DNA of 64,000 nt from the human T2T-CHM13v2.0 reference genome, Homo sapiens. Every line of letters begins with the position of its first letter. The stretch's first letter is position 1. Of the stretch, positions 33,623 to 49,410 are shown piece after piece. Below the pieces are notes generated by a model. The model worked only from the letters and a program-made list of their open reading frames with translations. It searched no databases and had not been told where the DNA came from. A program made the translations under genes and the position numbers. Location: assembly GCF_009914755.1 (NCBI RefSeq), contig NC_060927.1, one strand, 5' to 3'.

Positions 33623-35310
33623 CAAAGGACATGGAATTCACACTTGCCAAAGAAATCACTGCACGTGTAAATTAGAAACTAATCATCACTTCCTCTCTGG
33701 TTACAGTGGCAGCTTTGCCTCATAGTTTATGTTGAAATATACATTTTTATGAAATATTTCTCACTGTAGTCAGCATCAATTTAGGAGTATCAAACACTAA
33801 TTCCCAGCTCCAGCATACCAGAAAACTAGAGACAGAGAAGTGCAGACAAAGGGAATTGACAAAGGCCTGGACTTTTCTTATACTTGAAGAAGCTAATTGT
33901 ATTTGTAAATTTCTGGTTAAAAACCTGACAATTATCAGATCTGCCACTGCAAGGCTATTCCTCAATTTCTTCATCATATATTTTTCCCTAAAGTCTCTCA
34001 GAGAAGTAAAGGGCTTCTAGAGATGAAAATGAACTTGACAATCACGTTGCAACTCAAACTGATCTTGATTCTTTTCGTCACTTTTTAATTTATTGCAGAT
34101 GGTGTAAATGGGATGTTTACTGGTTGGCAGGTAATGAGTCTTGTTGTAGATAATAGTGATGGACAGAATCTCACGCCTGTCGACATCCCAGCATCTCAGC
34201 AGCTATATATGGTTATCATCCATTGCTTTGAAGCACATATAATATTGTGACAGGATGCACAATATTTCCCCCATAGAAACGATGATTGGTACACCTGAAT
34301 CTCACTAGTTCACATGTCATTTGTCCTGATTCCATCCTCACTGTCCACATGAGTAGACATTCTAAGATGTGATCTAATGGAAAATGTAATCTGTTTAAAC
34401 ATCCAAACACTCCTCTTCCAAGGTATCACCATTTATCACAACTGTCAGTGCCCCTGTGGAAGAGTAATGACCCTCAGGCATGGGATAATGCTCCATAGAG
34501 GCCTTATGAATGCCACTGTGAAACACAGAAATTGACCAGTTTTCAGTTGGGCTGGTATGTGCATCATGAAAGATCTGCACTTACTCACTAAATTACAAGT
34601 GGCTGTTTACCCTTTATACAATAAAGTCTAGGTTGGGAAGCCACAGACCCTGCTGACTTCAATTGTCCCAAACATGTGAGTACTAGATTTGGACCTGCCT
34701 TTGAAATGGACTTAAGCAGCTTGAAACTGGAAGTTGGATCACAGTCATTCAAAAATACATTGGGAGATAACATAGGTGTCATTGCCTTCCACTTTTTTGC
34801 CTTTTTAAAAAATCCTCTCTATCAATGGAGGATAACAACATCTCACTATCCACTATTAGCAATTAAAAACTAAACAGGGTAAGCATGCCAGTGAAAAGTT
34901 AACTATTTGTTTCCTTCTTGTAAGCTTCCCTTCATCCAGAAGAAAATCTGGATCTGGATCTGTTCATATATTGTTTCTACAAAGCAGAACAAAGGTGAAC
35001 AGTTATGTGGTATGAACTCATGATTTTCAGGTCCCTCCCAATGGGTCCATTTCCTCATTGACGATTTCCTTGAAGTCCCCTGTACCTTCCCAATCTTATC
35101 TACATTTTCTATGAAGTCACCTTAGATAATAGGATCACTTGCACTCTAAGACTGTTTACATCTCAGTAAATGCTCTATCACTATGAAAGTTTCATCTAAA
35201 ACATATCTATTCCTCAGTGCTCAGACACCCTGAAGATACCCTTCAGGATGTAGCATCCATATGAAGTCACAAAATACCAGTTGATCTTCCCGTGGAAATT
35301 GTTTTCCAAT
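33623..35310 (-). pseudogene. Large (about 1.7 kb) relic exon, multiply frameshifted (IGKQFPREDQLVFCDFIWMLHPEGYLQGV*...EEMDPLEGPENHEF...GALTVVINGDTLEEECLDV...)
   Basis: Acceptor caattcatacag|ATT; donor TTG|gtaagg. Several overlapping minus-strand ORF fragments (33747-33977, 34216-34410, 34395-34580, 34588-34782) lie in repeat-free DNA. Could be more than one exon. Confidence 0.6.
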
Positions 35311-36437
35311 CTGTATGAATTGAATGGCTCAACTAAATAAATGAAGAAAATGAAATATTTTACTCACAGTGATTCATTCCATATTAAGAAAATACACTAA
35401 GTAATGAATGGCCCCTATGAAATCATTACAGTTATGAGCATCTTTTCTACTTGACAGATCTCTGTTCCCCTCGCAGATGAGTTATGCCCACCTAACTATA
35501 CTTTTGGTATTCACAATATTCTGATTATTAGTATCTCCAAAGATGGGACTTAAGACACTTTCCTGAGAAGAGAAATTTACAATTAGATACATCTTAACAA
35601 TTAATAAAATTAATGAGATAATGAAATAAGAAGCTCTCAGTATACTGCTGAGGATGCAGAAATCTTTTTGAGAATTAGGAATGTTCTAGAAGACAATAAA
35701 AAAGATCAGATTGTGAACTGAGCAAAACAACCTTTGATGTGAAGTGTCAGCCAGAAATGTCAATCCAATTCAAGACTGCATACAAAGGGGCACTGTGTCT
35801 TTGAGCTGAGAGGTATTATGTTACCTGATTATCTTCTCTGGAAGAATGCATTATGGTTTAGACACTTTTATTACCTGAAAGATGTAGACAAATTAGGGAA
35901 GATTAACAACCAGTTTTATTAGGAAGTAGCAGATGAGCTGGTGTGAATGGTACTGGTTGTTATGAGTTCTGTATTCTCTTTTCAGCTTTGATATGCTCTC
36001 ATGTGGGAATAGTCATCCTTGAAATTTAGATAGGATAATTTATATTCTTTTCCCCAGAGAAAAGACAGTTTGGGAATGAAAGGGAGGGGAAGTGTTTAAA
36101 ACAGCACAAGAACCTGGGATAACAGAAGGGTCAGAAATTCTATTATAGAATTTTTCAACTCCCATTTACAAAAATACAACCAACAATAACCAGTTCTTAA
36201 GCCTTTATTTGAATAAGCTCAGTACATTTAGTATTTGCAGTATGTTTTTCATATATAGTACCTAATTGTTTTTGGTCCACAGAATAAGGCTATTCTATGA
36301 TACTATGTTATTATGTTCATGTTTTCCTGGAAATATAATTTGCAAGGTCATTCTAGGAACTCTGATTATGAAATTCAACATCACTTTAAGTCAGTTACCC
36401 TGAACTCTAATGCAGTTTCTTGTCTCTTCATACTTAC

Positions 36438-36530
36438 CCTGGAGCTATAACCTATAGTCTTATAGAAGTGCCCTTTTCAAAAAGGCTCCCACTCCTTGCC
36501 TTCTGAATGACTGTCTAGATATATTTTCAC
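36438..36530 (-). pseudogene. Relic exon, 93 nt, phase 0 to 0: VKIYLDSHSEGKEWEPF*KGHFYKTIGYSSR
   Basis: caattacag|GTG ... AGG|gtaagt; length is a multiple of 3; phase fits the next exon. Confidence 0.6.
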
Positions 36531-37091
36531 CTGTAATTGCATACTACACCAAATTTGCATTATATATGAATGTGATTGAGAAATGATTAAGATAATTGTT
36601 TAGTTTATTAGTGAAAATAAGTGGTATATAAGCTAAAATAAATTATTATTTTTACACATGGCATTATTCCTAGTTGTATTTATTATGATTTACCATTTAC
36701 TAAAGTATTTCAGTTGGTTGACAAGGAATAATAGCACTAAACTTCCTTCAAGCAATACTGGTGACTCACTACAGCCCTAATGTTAATACATTCCCTCAGA
36801 CTTAATCTTTTAATTCTATTGGGAAACACCTATAAACACAACAGAATTTTTTCCTTTTCTGATGTTCATTCAAATTACATTACCTATTTCCACCATTCAG
36901 TGTAGTAATTTCTGGGAACTACCTTGAGGGGTGGATGGTGGTAAAGAATCAGGACATTTAAACTTCTATTAAAAAGGGACAGAAGAAGACTTTAGGTCAC
37001 CTGTGATCTTAGGCAGCTTTCAGGAAACAGAGGAAGCACACTTGTGATGAACCTTCATAAAATTGGCCCATATTCCCAATAATTCCCTTAC

Positions 37092-37400
37092 CTATTGAGA
37101 TTCCTGGTTGCTAAGGACTTTATCAGTTACTTCAACAATCCTCCCTCCCCGCTAATAACAGTACCTCATTTGCGAACAATACTGGACTGTACTCACAATT
37201 CCTTTTCCCCTTCCTTTCAGAAAGAACACTTTTACGCCCCTAAATAGTCCTATAAATGGCCAAAGACATAGGACATGCTACATGATTCATCTCATGAATC
37301 AGTTTCTGTTCTCTTGGCTGTTCAACAAAAGACATTTCAAATTCTCCACGAGGCAATGTATTACACTGCCATGAGATTAATTTCTGTCTTCAACTTTGGA
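37092..37400 (-). pseudogene. Possible relic exon (LPRGEFEMSFVEQPREQKLIHEMNHVACPMSLAIYRTI*GRKSV...)
   Basis: Donor TAG|gtaagg at 37091; about 75 codons with one internal stop; 5' boundary uncertain. Confidence 0.35.
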
Positions 37401-37429
37401 CATTTCTTAACTATTAACTGGGATTACTT

Positions 37430-37990
37430 CCTTTTTGCTCCTCTACAACCCATTCTCTACACAGAAACTGTAGTGATTTCTTTCAATGTGACATTAGATT
37501 CTACTACAAAAATCACCAATGGCTGCTTACTGTAACTAGAATAAAATTCAAACTTCTCACTCTACAGCCTATATAGTCTGGTTCCTGATTCCTTCTCTGA
37601 ACACATCACCAGTATACTTTTCCTTATTCACTGACCTGTCATAATTCACATGCCTAGCTCACTTGAGCCTCAAGGCCTTTGAAGTTGCTATTCCAATTTG
37701 CCTGAAATGATTTTCCTTCACATCTTCATATGGCTAGTTTCTAACATCATTCAGGTCTCAACCAAATGCCATCTCCTTACATGCCATCCGTGTGAGATTT
37801 TACTCTTACTTTCTTCATTTCATTCTTCATTGTGTGTTAGTGAGTTTACATGTTTATTAACTATCTCCCTTAACTAGAATGTTCCAGAAGGAAAGAGGAC
37901 TTTGTGAGTTCTGATCACTATTGTATTTCCAGTGTCTGGAATAGTAGGTGCTCAACAAATACTTGCTGAGTGAATGAATAAATTAATGAA
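37430..37990 (+). mobile_element. L2 3' fragment
   Basis: Ends gtaggtgctcaacaaatacttgctgagtgaatgaat. Confidence 0.75.
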
Positions 37991-38264
37991 CAAACAGTAA
38001 ATAAATAGTAAACAAGGCCAATATCAATGCTCTTTATTACAGTAGTTATTTAAATGTACCTCAAAATGCTCTAAAAATAAATATGTGCTTTCCCTGCACA
38101 TTAGGATTAAAAGTACTCATTTTACTAATTAAAAGCCAGGACCTCAATTTACATTAATGACTGGTCCAAGATCATATGGTAAATACGTATTGCACAATTC
38201 TGGTCTGAAATCTTGTTAGCCCAGTCAGTCCTACAGTGATTTACTTAGAACACAATTGTGAACC

Positions 38265-38412
38265 AGGTATAATTAATCTGAGGTCCACCAATAGGCTTGA
38301 GGGGGTTTGTGAATCCTTTGAAAAGGTATTGCACCCTCTTTTGGGAAGAGGGTCCATAGCTTTCATCATATTATCAATGGAAGCCATAAACTAAAAGAGG
38401 CTGGGAATCTCT
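38265..38412. mobile_element. hAT-Charlie fragment (MER103-like)
   Basis: gagggtccatagctttcatc motif. Confidence 0.5.
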
Positions 38413-38448
38413 TTAAGCAATACCATTCTGAAACAAATTATTCTTAAC

Positions 38449-38622
38449 CTCCCTAGGTAGATTGGAAGGCTGCTGGCTTCAACATTTTCTGTAGAGAAGG
38501 AACACCTATGAAAATCCTATCACTGGCTGAGTAGACATATTTTCCTTTCCAGCACCAACTCTGGGGAATGGTGGGCCTCACAGGCTGGCTAACCCTTCTT
38601 GGAGTTCACGGGAAAAAGATGT
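38449..38622 (-). pseudogene. Relic exon containing PQSWCWKGKYVYSASDRIFIGV
   Basis: Acceptor ccttctcatcgtctttgaactag|A; weak donor AG|gttaag; frame ambiguous. Confidence 0.4.
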
Positions 38623-39134
38623 CTAGTTCAAAGACGATGAGAAGGGAGGTATCATTCTAATCATGTGGAAAGCCCACTGTGCTTTTAGTTTGTGTTTGTA
38701 GCATTCTTAGCTTAATTTCAGGGATGTTATTGTAGCTGTGAAGATTAGATAATAATAAGAAAAACTAATTCTTAGGCACCAGACAGACAATATGAAAAAA
38801 ATATATAATTCTAAATGTAGGTCAAATTTTATATTTATCAGCATTGATGCAGTGTTGTTTTGGTCTGTTCTTAAATTTTTGTTTTATGAAAAACAATGAA
38901 TGCAATAATCTTCTAATACAGTGATTAAGAAACAGTGTATATTTTTCCACATACTATCAAAGCAGAGTAAAGAGTGAATTTTGCCATGGGAAATAGTGTA
39001 TTGCTACAGTAAGTAAGAATATTAAGTTTACCAAGTTTTTCTAGACTGAAGACTTAACAATAAATAAGGCACATCTTCCCTGTAAGGTTTCTCTTGAGTC
39101 TGTTACTTTTCAGTAGATGATGATGATGACAGCA

Positions 39135-39375
39135 ACAGCAGCTAACATTTGTTGCTTATTATGTACCAGGTCCTGCTCTAAGTGCTTTACATTTATTACT
39201 TCACTTAATCCTCCCAGCAACTATGTCCATGAATTAGGTATTATTATTATCTATTCTTAGAGATCAGGAAAGTCAGATGAGGGGTTATTTAACTTGGTAA
39301 TGAGGGGTAAAACCAAGATTCATATCCCACCTGTCTGATGCCATGTCCAAGCCTTTCACCACTACACTTTCCTGT
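39135..39375 (-). mobile_element. MIR
   Basis: gctaacatttgttgcttattatgtaccagg...taatcctccca. Confidence 0.75.
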
Positions 39376-39392
39376 CTCCCTCTGTGGTAGTG

Positions 39393-41940
<2,548 letters not shown>

Positions 41941-42069
41941 TATATCCTATTTTCAATACAAAGATGCTGGGTAGCCAATTTCTACCACTGTCTTTGTCTA
42001 TTTGACAAAACTTTCCCATGACTTTTATACTGTTAACTTTTTTGAATAGCAGATGAGACACATACTTGC

Positions 42070-42124
42070 ATCCTCAAATCTGCAAAGACACCTTGGGCCA
42101 GTTTGAACCGAATCCCATTTTTAA
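42070..42124 (-). pseudogene. Relic exon, 55 nt: xKNGIRFKLAQGVFADLR
   Basis: Acceptor ttattttcatcattttcag|TT; donor AT|gcaagt (GC); no stop in the phase 1 to 2 frame. Confidence 0.5.
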
Positions 42125-42261
42125 CTGAAAATGATGAAAATAAGGTACATTATTAGCCTGAACTTTGCATAACTCTAAAATGTATTAATCTTCGGTAAAA
42201 ATTTTAATCTTAGTTTTAGAATCCTCATGAAGTACTTAGAATGTTTAAATGAGATAACACT

Positions 42262-42343
42262 GGGTATATTAAACATTATGAAATTGCCATTTCTGTAGCT
42301 TAAAAATGGTCAATTGTTGCCACAGTCAAGTGATTAAACCTAA
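42262..42343. mobile_element. MADE2-like mariner MITE
   Basis: tatgaaattgccatttctgtagcttaaaaatggtc. Confidence 0.6.
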
Positions 42344-42693
42344 GGTAAGTAATCAACTTACCTTATTAAGTTAACTGCTATTGTTGTAAGATAAATTATT
42401 CTCACTCTACAATCCTCCCTCCCTGAAAACTTTTCTAGTCTGGAATGTACTGCTGATAACTAGTGCTAGGGACATAGGGTTGAACTTGCCCATGATTTTA
42501 ATTTGTAATACATAGGCTTTTAAAATTCATATCATAGCAGGTATACCTCCAAATGATGCCACAAAGACAGCCTAGAAAATGGGCCTTAGAAGATTAAGTT
42601 AATAAAGGCTTATTATTTTTCCTATAGCTGGATGTACTCTTAACTAGATAACTTTCAATAGAAATCAAGTTCATGAAGCAGGTTCATGGGAAC

Positions 42694-43176
42694 TGTATTA
42701 GTTTCCTATCGCTGCTGTAACAAATGAGCACAAACTTATAGTTCTGGAGGTCAGAAAGTCCTAAAATCATGGTATCAGCAGAGTTATGTTTTTTTCTGGA
42801 GTCTTTAAGAGAAAATCCCTTTCCTTGAGTTTTCCAGTTATTAGAGGCCACCTGTATTCATTGGCTCATGATCTATTCCTCCCTCTTCAAAACCAGCAAC
42901 GCAGCATCTTTCAATCTCTCTCTCTCTCTGACCTCTGCTTCCATCACCACATCTCCTCTGTGATCCTCCTGCCTGCCTCTTTCCTTTAAACGGCCCTTAT
43001 AATCATATTAGGCCTAACCAGATAATCTGGCATAATCGTCCCATCTCAAAAATCCTTAATTTAGTCACATCTGTAAAGTCTCTTTGCCATCTAAGGCAAC
43101 ATACTCACAGGTTCTGAGGATTAGGATGTGAACATCTTCGGTGGGGTGGGGAGGGGGGCATTAATCTGTCTGTCAC
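42694..43176 (-). mobile_element. MLT1C/D-like MaLR LTR
   Basis: tgtattagtttccta..gctgctgtaacaaa...agttctggaggtcagaa...gattaggatgtg...caca. Confidence 0.85.
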
Positions 43177-45796
43177 AGAGACCGAAATATTCTAGGTGCC
43201 CAAATTTCAAATAGCAAGCAAGATGGTATCTTATTTCTTTAAACCTCATAGCATGGTAAGCTGCACAGACATTTTTACATATACCCTCATAATTTTTAAG
43301 GAGATTGTGATGTACAACTCTCCAGTTTCTCTTCTGGCACAAGTGTGTGGAAATCATGGTCTTAGCTTTGGTTTGTAGAACCAGATTTTACTCCTTTACC
43401 CAGTTTTAGTCAATCCCATTTATATTTAAATTTGTCCTTTTTGAGCATTCATACTGCTATCCTTAGCCAAAGAATTATTAGTACAGTAAGTGCTTTCTGC
43501 ACTTCCTTCTCCTAACTCTAGGAATAAAAGGCACACGTGTTTAGCTGAGAACCAACCAGGACAGAATTCTAGCACTTCTCATTACATCTTTCTTGTGCTC
43601 TTCCTTCAGGCACTACATTGACATCTCAATAAGCAAATAACACCAGCGTTGCAGGTGTTAACACCAATGACTATACCATGAGAAATTCCCTTATGTCACG
43701 CCTTGCATGGGTAAAGTTAACTCAAATGTCTTCCTTCTCTTACCTAAAATATCTGCTTGCCTGACCTACATCTCCCTTGTCCATTGTTTCCAATGAACAC
43801 TAACCCTTAAACATTTAAGCCTCATCAGCACATGCCCATCATAACAGCATAACATCCTTGTCCTGCTGGAAACTATTCAGCATCCAGAGGACCATCTTTA
43901 TGCTGATAACACTAAAATATAAAATAATGCCAACAGCTGGTGCTACAAATGGCTTTTAAAAACGATGTTCATTCACTAAAATTCCTCTTGCTACTTTTGA
44001 CATGAAACACGCAGTCTCTAATTATTCTGATCAAGACGGTGAAATACAAAAACAAACTTTAATTGTGTTTAACAGATATTTAATCAGGACTCACTGAACT
44101 ACAGATTAAAGCTGAAATTCATAAACCATAATTACCCGATTGTCGCAATCTTTTGGTCCACATTCTCCTTCCGTCTGGGCGTCTGGCACCTTGCCCCGAA
44201 TTTCTTTTACTGTCTTCTCAGCTTCATTACTGTTCATGTTTTCCAGCAGAGATTTAGCACAGATTACAAAATATCTGTTCTTGGCAACTTTCTTCATTAG
44301 CTTTTTCTCCCCCCTTGCAAAAAGTTTATTTTCTTTTTTCTACCAGAGTAGCTGGAACAGGCATACGTTTAGGGTGCTTTGATGACACAAACTAATTATA
44401 TAGTTATCAGGAGATAATACGGTAGCGATAACTAAAGTTACTACAGTTATCATGTAGGTATCATGCAATTTCTCCAGTATACCATGCGGTGTGTCCCAGT
44501 CACCACGTAATTACCTAATGTCACTACTGCATTGTTTCATGGAAAATGCTTATCTCACCCCAACAAAACCTTTTCTGCCACATTTAGAGAAAAAAAAAGA
44601 AGTGAAATTCTTAGTTCTCATATCCAGTACTGCTCATTCCCAGTAAGATGTTGTCATGCAAATGTAAGGGAAACACCTGCCCTCTCCTGAAAATTTGCTC
44701 TTACAGGGAGCAAATGGAGCAATTATTATTATTATTTTTTCCTGCTTCACTCTTTCCAGGTAAAAGAAGTAATTACCAACAATACATACATTTTTTCTTT
44801 TTTTTTCTTTTTTTAAAAGAAACCAATCCCCCTACCGACCCCCGAAAGAAACACCCTATTTACTTAGGATTCGTTTAGTCTGGCACTTCCCCCCTATACT
44901 CTTTCCTTTCAAATTTCAGTCACTCACATTTGTTTTTCCTAGAATTATGGTGTAAATCATTCTTAACAAGCTAACTTGAAACTTCTCTCACTCAGTAGAA
45001 ACACAAAATGCCACTGTAATTGAAACACGGAAGCTTGAAACTCTTTCTAACCAGTTCTTTTGGGCCACTCTTCAGAAGGGCATGCCGAGTTTCCCTCACA
45101 GTGCGGTAACCCCTGGGTCACACAGCGAGGATAACATCACAGACCAAGGCAAGAGGATAAAGAGAAGGCACTGGCTAAAGAAGAGGTGGGTGGTTCCTTT
45201 ATTCCCCCCAGTTGGGCAGTCAACCCTATGAAGCAAGGACTGTAGTTGCTACTTATTTATCTCAAGTTGATGGCTTGAAGTCTGACCTCACTAAGACCTT
45301 TAGATGTGACATACCACCTGAGAGTTCCAGTTTAAAACAGGATGTAGCAGCTTCCTTTGCAGCACAAGTTGAAAGCTATTTCCAATTCTGCTTTTATTAG
45401 TCACCTCCCAATCTAAGAGCTGCCCATTCAATTGTACACTTAACTCATGTCGGGGTAAAAAGCACCTCCAGATTTAGAAGGGCCAGAAAAATTGCTATCC
45501 TATCCTAGCACATTGTTCTTCAATCACACAGTTCCTCTAAATACAGTTGACAGCCTTTGAGATGCAAAATGTATCACTTTAATGTAGTAGAGGTCCCCTT
45601 CACTGCATTGCCAAATCTATTTAGCAGAATCTTCTTGGAATAATCTGTCCCTAGACCTGAGGATGCACAGTGATTTCAAGCATTTTAAGCTAATGATAAT
45701 GGTTAGTGCTGAGAACAGATGTACCTGGCTGTGATGTGATCTATTCCAGTAGGCTTTTATGAGCTGTTCATTCCTATTGACTTAGCATTTTATGTC

Positions 45797-46029
45797 TGTG
45801 CTTTTGCCTGGTGTGATGGTTGCATAGGGGTGTCATGTGTGTATTTTCCTGATGTGTGATGGCTGCACAGGGGGCTGTGTGTATTTTCTCAGTGCAATGG
45901 CCACACAGGGTGTTATGTGTGTGTTTGCCTGGAGTTATAGCTGCACATGTTATTGTGTGACTTTTCTCTCTATTTGATGCTTGCTCGCAGGGTCCTATGT
46001 GTATCTTTTTCTTAGTGTGATGGTTGCAC
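45797..46029. repeat. Degenerate minisatellite, about 6 copies of a 38-42 bp unit
   Basis: Unit approximately tgtgtattttcctggtgtgatggYtgcacagggtgtta. Confidence 0.8.
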
Positions 46030-49000
46030 TCAATGCTGTGCTAATGATGGACATTTCTAGCAATTATCTATCTACAGGGTCCTCGGGAAAAAAATTGCAG
46101 TGAAATCAATAAACAGTGCTAGACAGGCCCTTGTAAATATGAAATGACACCATGCATAAATGCCGTTTCCTACTATAGCATGTTAAAATCCAAATTCTGT
46201 TATGTTATTGGCATTGGGATAAAATTTCTATGGTCCCTCCATCTCCTTCATATATTGCAATCTTTTGGGGGAAGTTGAGATTACTGCTGGTTGGAGGGCT
46301 TTTACACATGCATCTATGTAATACTACTTTTTGCTACATTGTCCTACACATCATCTCTTATACTCCATTCTGACTTATCCTGGCATAATAGCTGATATTC
46401 TAAAAGTGAATATGCCTTTCATTTATTCCTTCAGTCTCACCAAGCCCTCCCCCATATAACCCCTACATCACACATACAAAACCCCCTCGCTTGCCTCCCT
46501 CTCTCTAGTTTCTCCGTATCCCTCCTGTGTTCACCAAACGGAACTGACAAAGGAAACAACCAATGAGGTTAAAATCTTTTGAAACCCCTGGAATACAGAT
46601 GAGCTGGGAGGCATCTGGAAACAAAACCAGACACTTGAAATCAAAGAGACAAGTAAATTACTATCCTAATCTAGGAAGAATAACTAAAGGTGTCAGTGGG
46701 GTTCCATTGATAGCACTTGGCTCTGGGCCAGAATGCCAAGGGTTCAAACTCCACACCAGCTTTGGGCTCAGGCCCAAGACTTGCTACTGCAGGGTGCAGC
46801 AGCATGTGCAGCAGTGTTAAAGGTGTCAGCCTTCTGCAGAGAGGTTAAGTCCAAGTCCTTCTGCCTGTTTGTCATTACACCCCAGAGAGACGGAGAGATA
46901 ACCCTAGCTTTCTCTTCGCTGCCTTTCTCAATAGAACAGGCTGAGGAGGAACTAGTGCTCAGCAGCAGTACTTGCTAGTATGAGTACTATACAACTAATT
47001 AGTAAAATTCCCCTCTACTGATAAGGCTGCTTGAAGTATGCGCAAGAAAATCCACTGTCCCTCTCCCCCCACGAAAAACCTGATGTTTGTCCTAAAGATT
47101 CTTCCATCAATGCAAAGAGCTAAGTTTGGAAACCTAAAACCATGTGTCTAAAAGAAAGAAAATGTTTTCATTGGAACAGCTTACATGTCTGGTACACTTG
47201 CATAAAAACTATCGCATAGCATTTTAGAGCTAAAATTGCTATAAAATGCTTAATACAGTAAGAGTAATTATGAGATTTTGCATGCACAGCTGGTATACAA
47301 CTAGAGTCTCAGCCACATATTCAATGGAGCATGGGAAAACCATTTATAAAAATTCCTGGTATGCCAGTTTAACTCACCATCAACAGCCTATCAACACTTC
47401 ATTCTTTAAGTGGATAGGGAAGATATTTACCTACCAAATGCTTTATTTCTTCTCTCATGGATGTTATCAATACTTGATTCAAGGAATTTGAGTTATTACT
47501 TAGAGAGTATAAATATAAGCTGTTAACAGGACATGAATGACCTGAATGCAAGCCTTCTCCACTGAGTGAAGAAGTTACAATGATAGTAGTAAGTAATGAA
47601 CCAGAAGACCAAATCATTAAATCTACTTGTATCTTCCCTTTTTAACCTCCGCTTTTTGCTATATCTTCACATATTCTTATCTCTCTTCATTTCTCTAAGA
47701 TTCAAATCCTCGGGTGAGTTCCTGGGTACTCTGGACTCCCCTGCCATAGCCCACCTGGCCTTGCCTTCCCCTGAGTAACACCCTGAAGACAGAGCTCTTC
47801 GTTTACATTTTCCCCCAATCAAGTTATAACAGGTATTTGTTCTCCATTCCCTTTAGTTCCAGCTACATCACTTGAAAAGAAACTGATTTGGGTGAGTTGT
47901 TAATGGTTAATAATAATTTAATAAAGTTTATTTCTTGATGAAAACATTGATTTTAAGAGTCAAATGAAGAACCTCTTTATTGTGGTCTTTTAGGCTCTAT
48001 GGAAAATGCCATAATAGGTGAGATGATTCTAATCAGAAGCATTGATGGATGCTCCATTGCACATTTTTTAGCCATAGGAGCCAGTGGATAGATGGGAATT
48101 CCCAGGTGGACAGGAAGTTTGGGGTCACAAAGGCAGCATGACACAATACAAAATGAATTTGAACAGAATCAGGAAACTCAAGTTTTAGGACCAACAAACT
48201 TTGCCACGAAGTGTTTGGCAGACATTCAGTTTCTTAACCTGAGAAATGAGGCAGGCCCTGGGATCAGAAACTCTCCATGATCCTCTCTGGCTCTTACATT
48301 CTATGACTCTCTGACCGCAGATCAGTCAGGTCTCCTGGATTAGCTACCACCTCCAGTTAAGAACTAATAGTTCTGAATAAAGATGGCGGTCATTCCACAC
48401 TGAGCCAACCTAACTAAAGAGGTGTTGATGTCCATAGGTGAGTTTTACCTGTCTGCCTACAACCTGCATACACTACTTTTGAGTTGGCTCCTTTATGCTA
48501 TACAGATATTTCTTAGCATTTTGTTTTCCCTCATTTACTTAATTCAGCAAACATTTAATGAGCACTTTCTATACATGAAACACAGAGTCGATCACTAAGG
48601 ACAGGACTGAACAGGGCACCATCTCTGTTGCACAGATGATTTTATTATTCTTGTCCATTCTCTCTCTCTCTCCCCACCTTCACTTTTATGCATAAACACA
48701 TACTTCTAGAACTATAAAAGTAGTATAGAAAAAATAAGAGGAATTAGACTTATCTGAGCCAGTCTGAAATACTGTTTATTTTAAACAAAAGAATATGATA
48801 ATAATTTGTGTTGGCAAAATATATGCATTCAATTACGCACTTCAATAGTATAAAGGGTATTTCTCAACATGTATTTTGAGGTCAGTAATTTGCAATAAGG
48901 ATAACAATTTGGGGGAAAGAAGATTATAAAGGTAAAACATTCCCTTCTGTAGAATCCTGATAAAGTCCTAGGATAAAATCTGTGACTTGTGTAAATAACC

Positions 49001-49099
49001 TCTGGGAAAGTGAGATCATAGAATTTTTTTTTTAAGTTTTTGTTTTTCCTCTAAGGATTTTGGGTTCATATCCCTCCAAATTTTATTTCCTGACTTAAA

Positions 49100-49410
49100 A
49101 ATAATAACTGCCACTTATTGAGTAAATATTAAATTCCATGCACTTCAAATACATTATTTTTATAAATACAGTATGAAATACAATATATTAATATATTGTA
49201 TAATACAATATGATATATTATAATACATTGTAAATATTAAATTCAATATATTATTAAAGCAACTCTGCTAGATAGATATTATTACTCTAACAGACATGAA
49301 AACTGTGGGTCAGAGAGCTGAAGTAACTTGTCAAAGATAATTCAGACAGTGTGCAGAGTTAGAATTTAAACTCAGGTCTGTATTTGTCTATGCAATATGG
49401 CTCCATAACC
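49100..49410 (-). mobile_element. MIR with internal AT-rich expansion
   Basis: ccacttattgag...acagacatgaaaactg...aagtaacttgtc...gaatttaaactcaggtctg. Confidence 0.7.

Noticed and set aside
33623-35310. Processed (retro) pseudogene interpretation of the 1.7-kb coding-like block
   Set aside because: No poly-A or TSD; it is bounded by splice sites whose phases fit the neighbouring relic exons.
45797-46029. CRISPR-like array
   Set aside because: Units are contiguous and degenerate with no unique spacers, there are no cas genes, and the DNA is primate.
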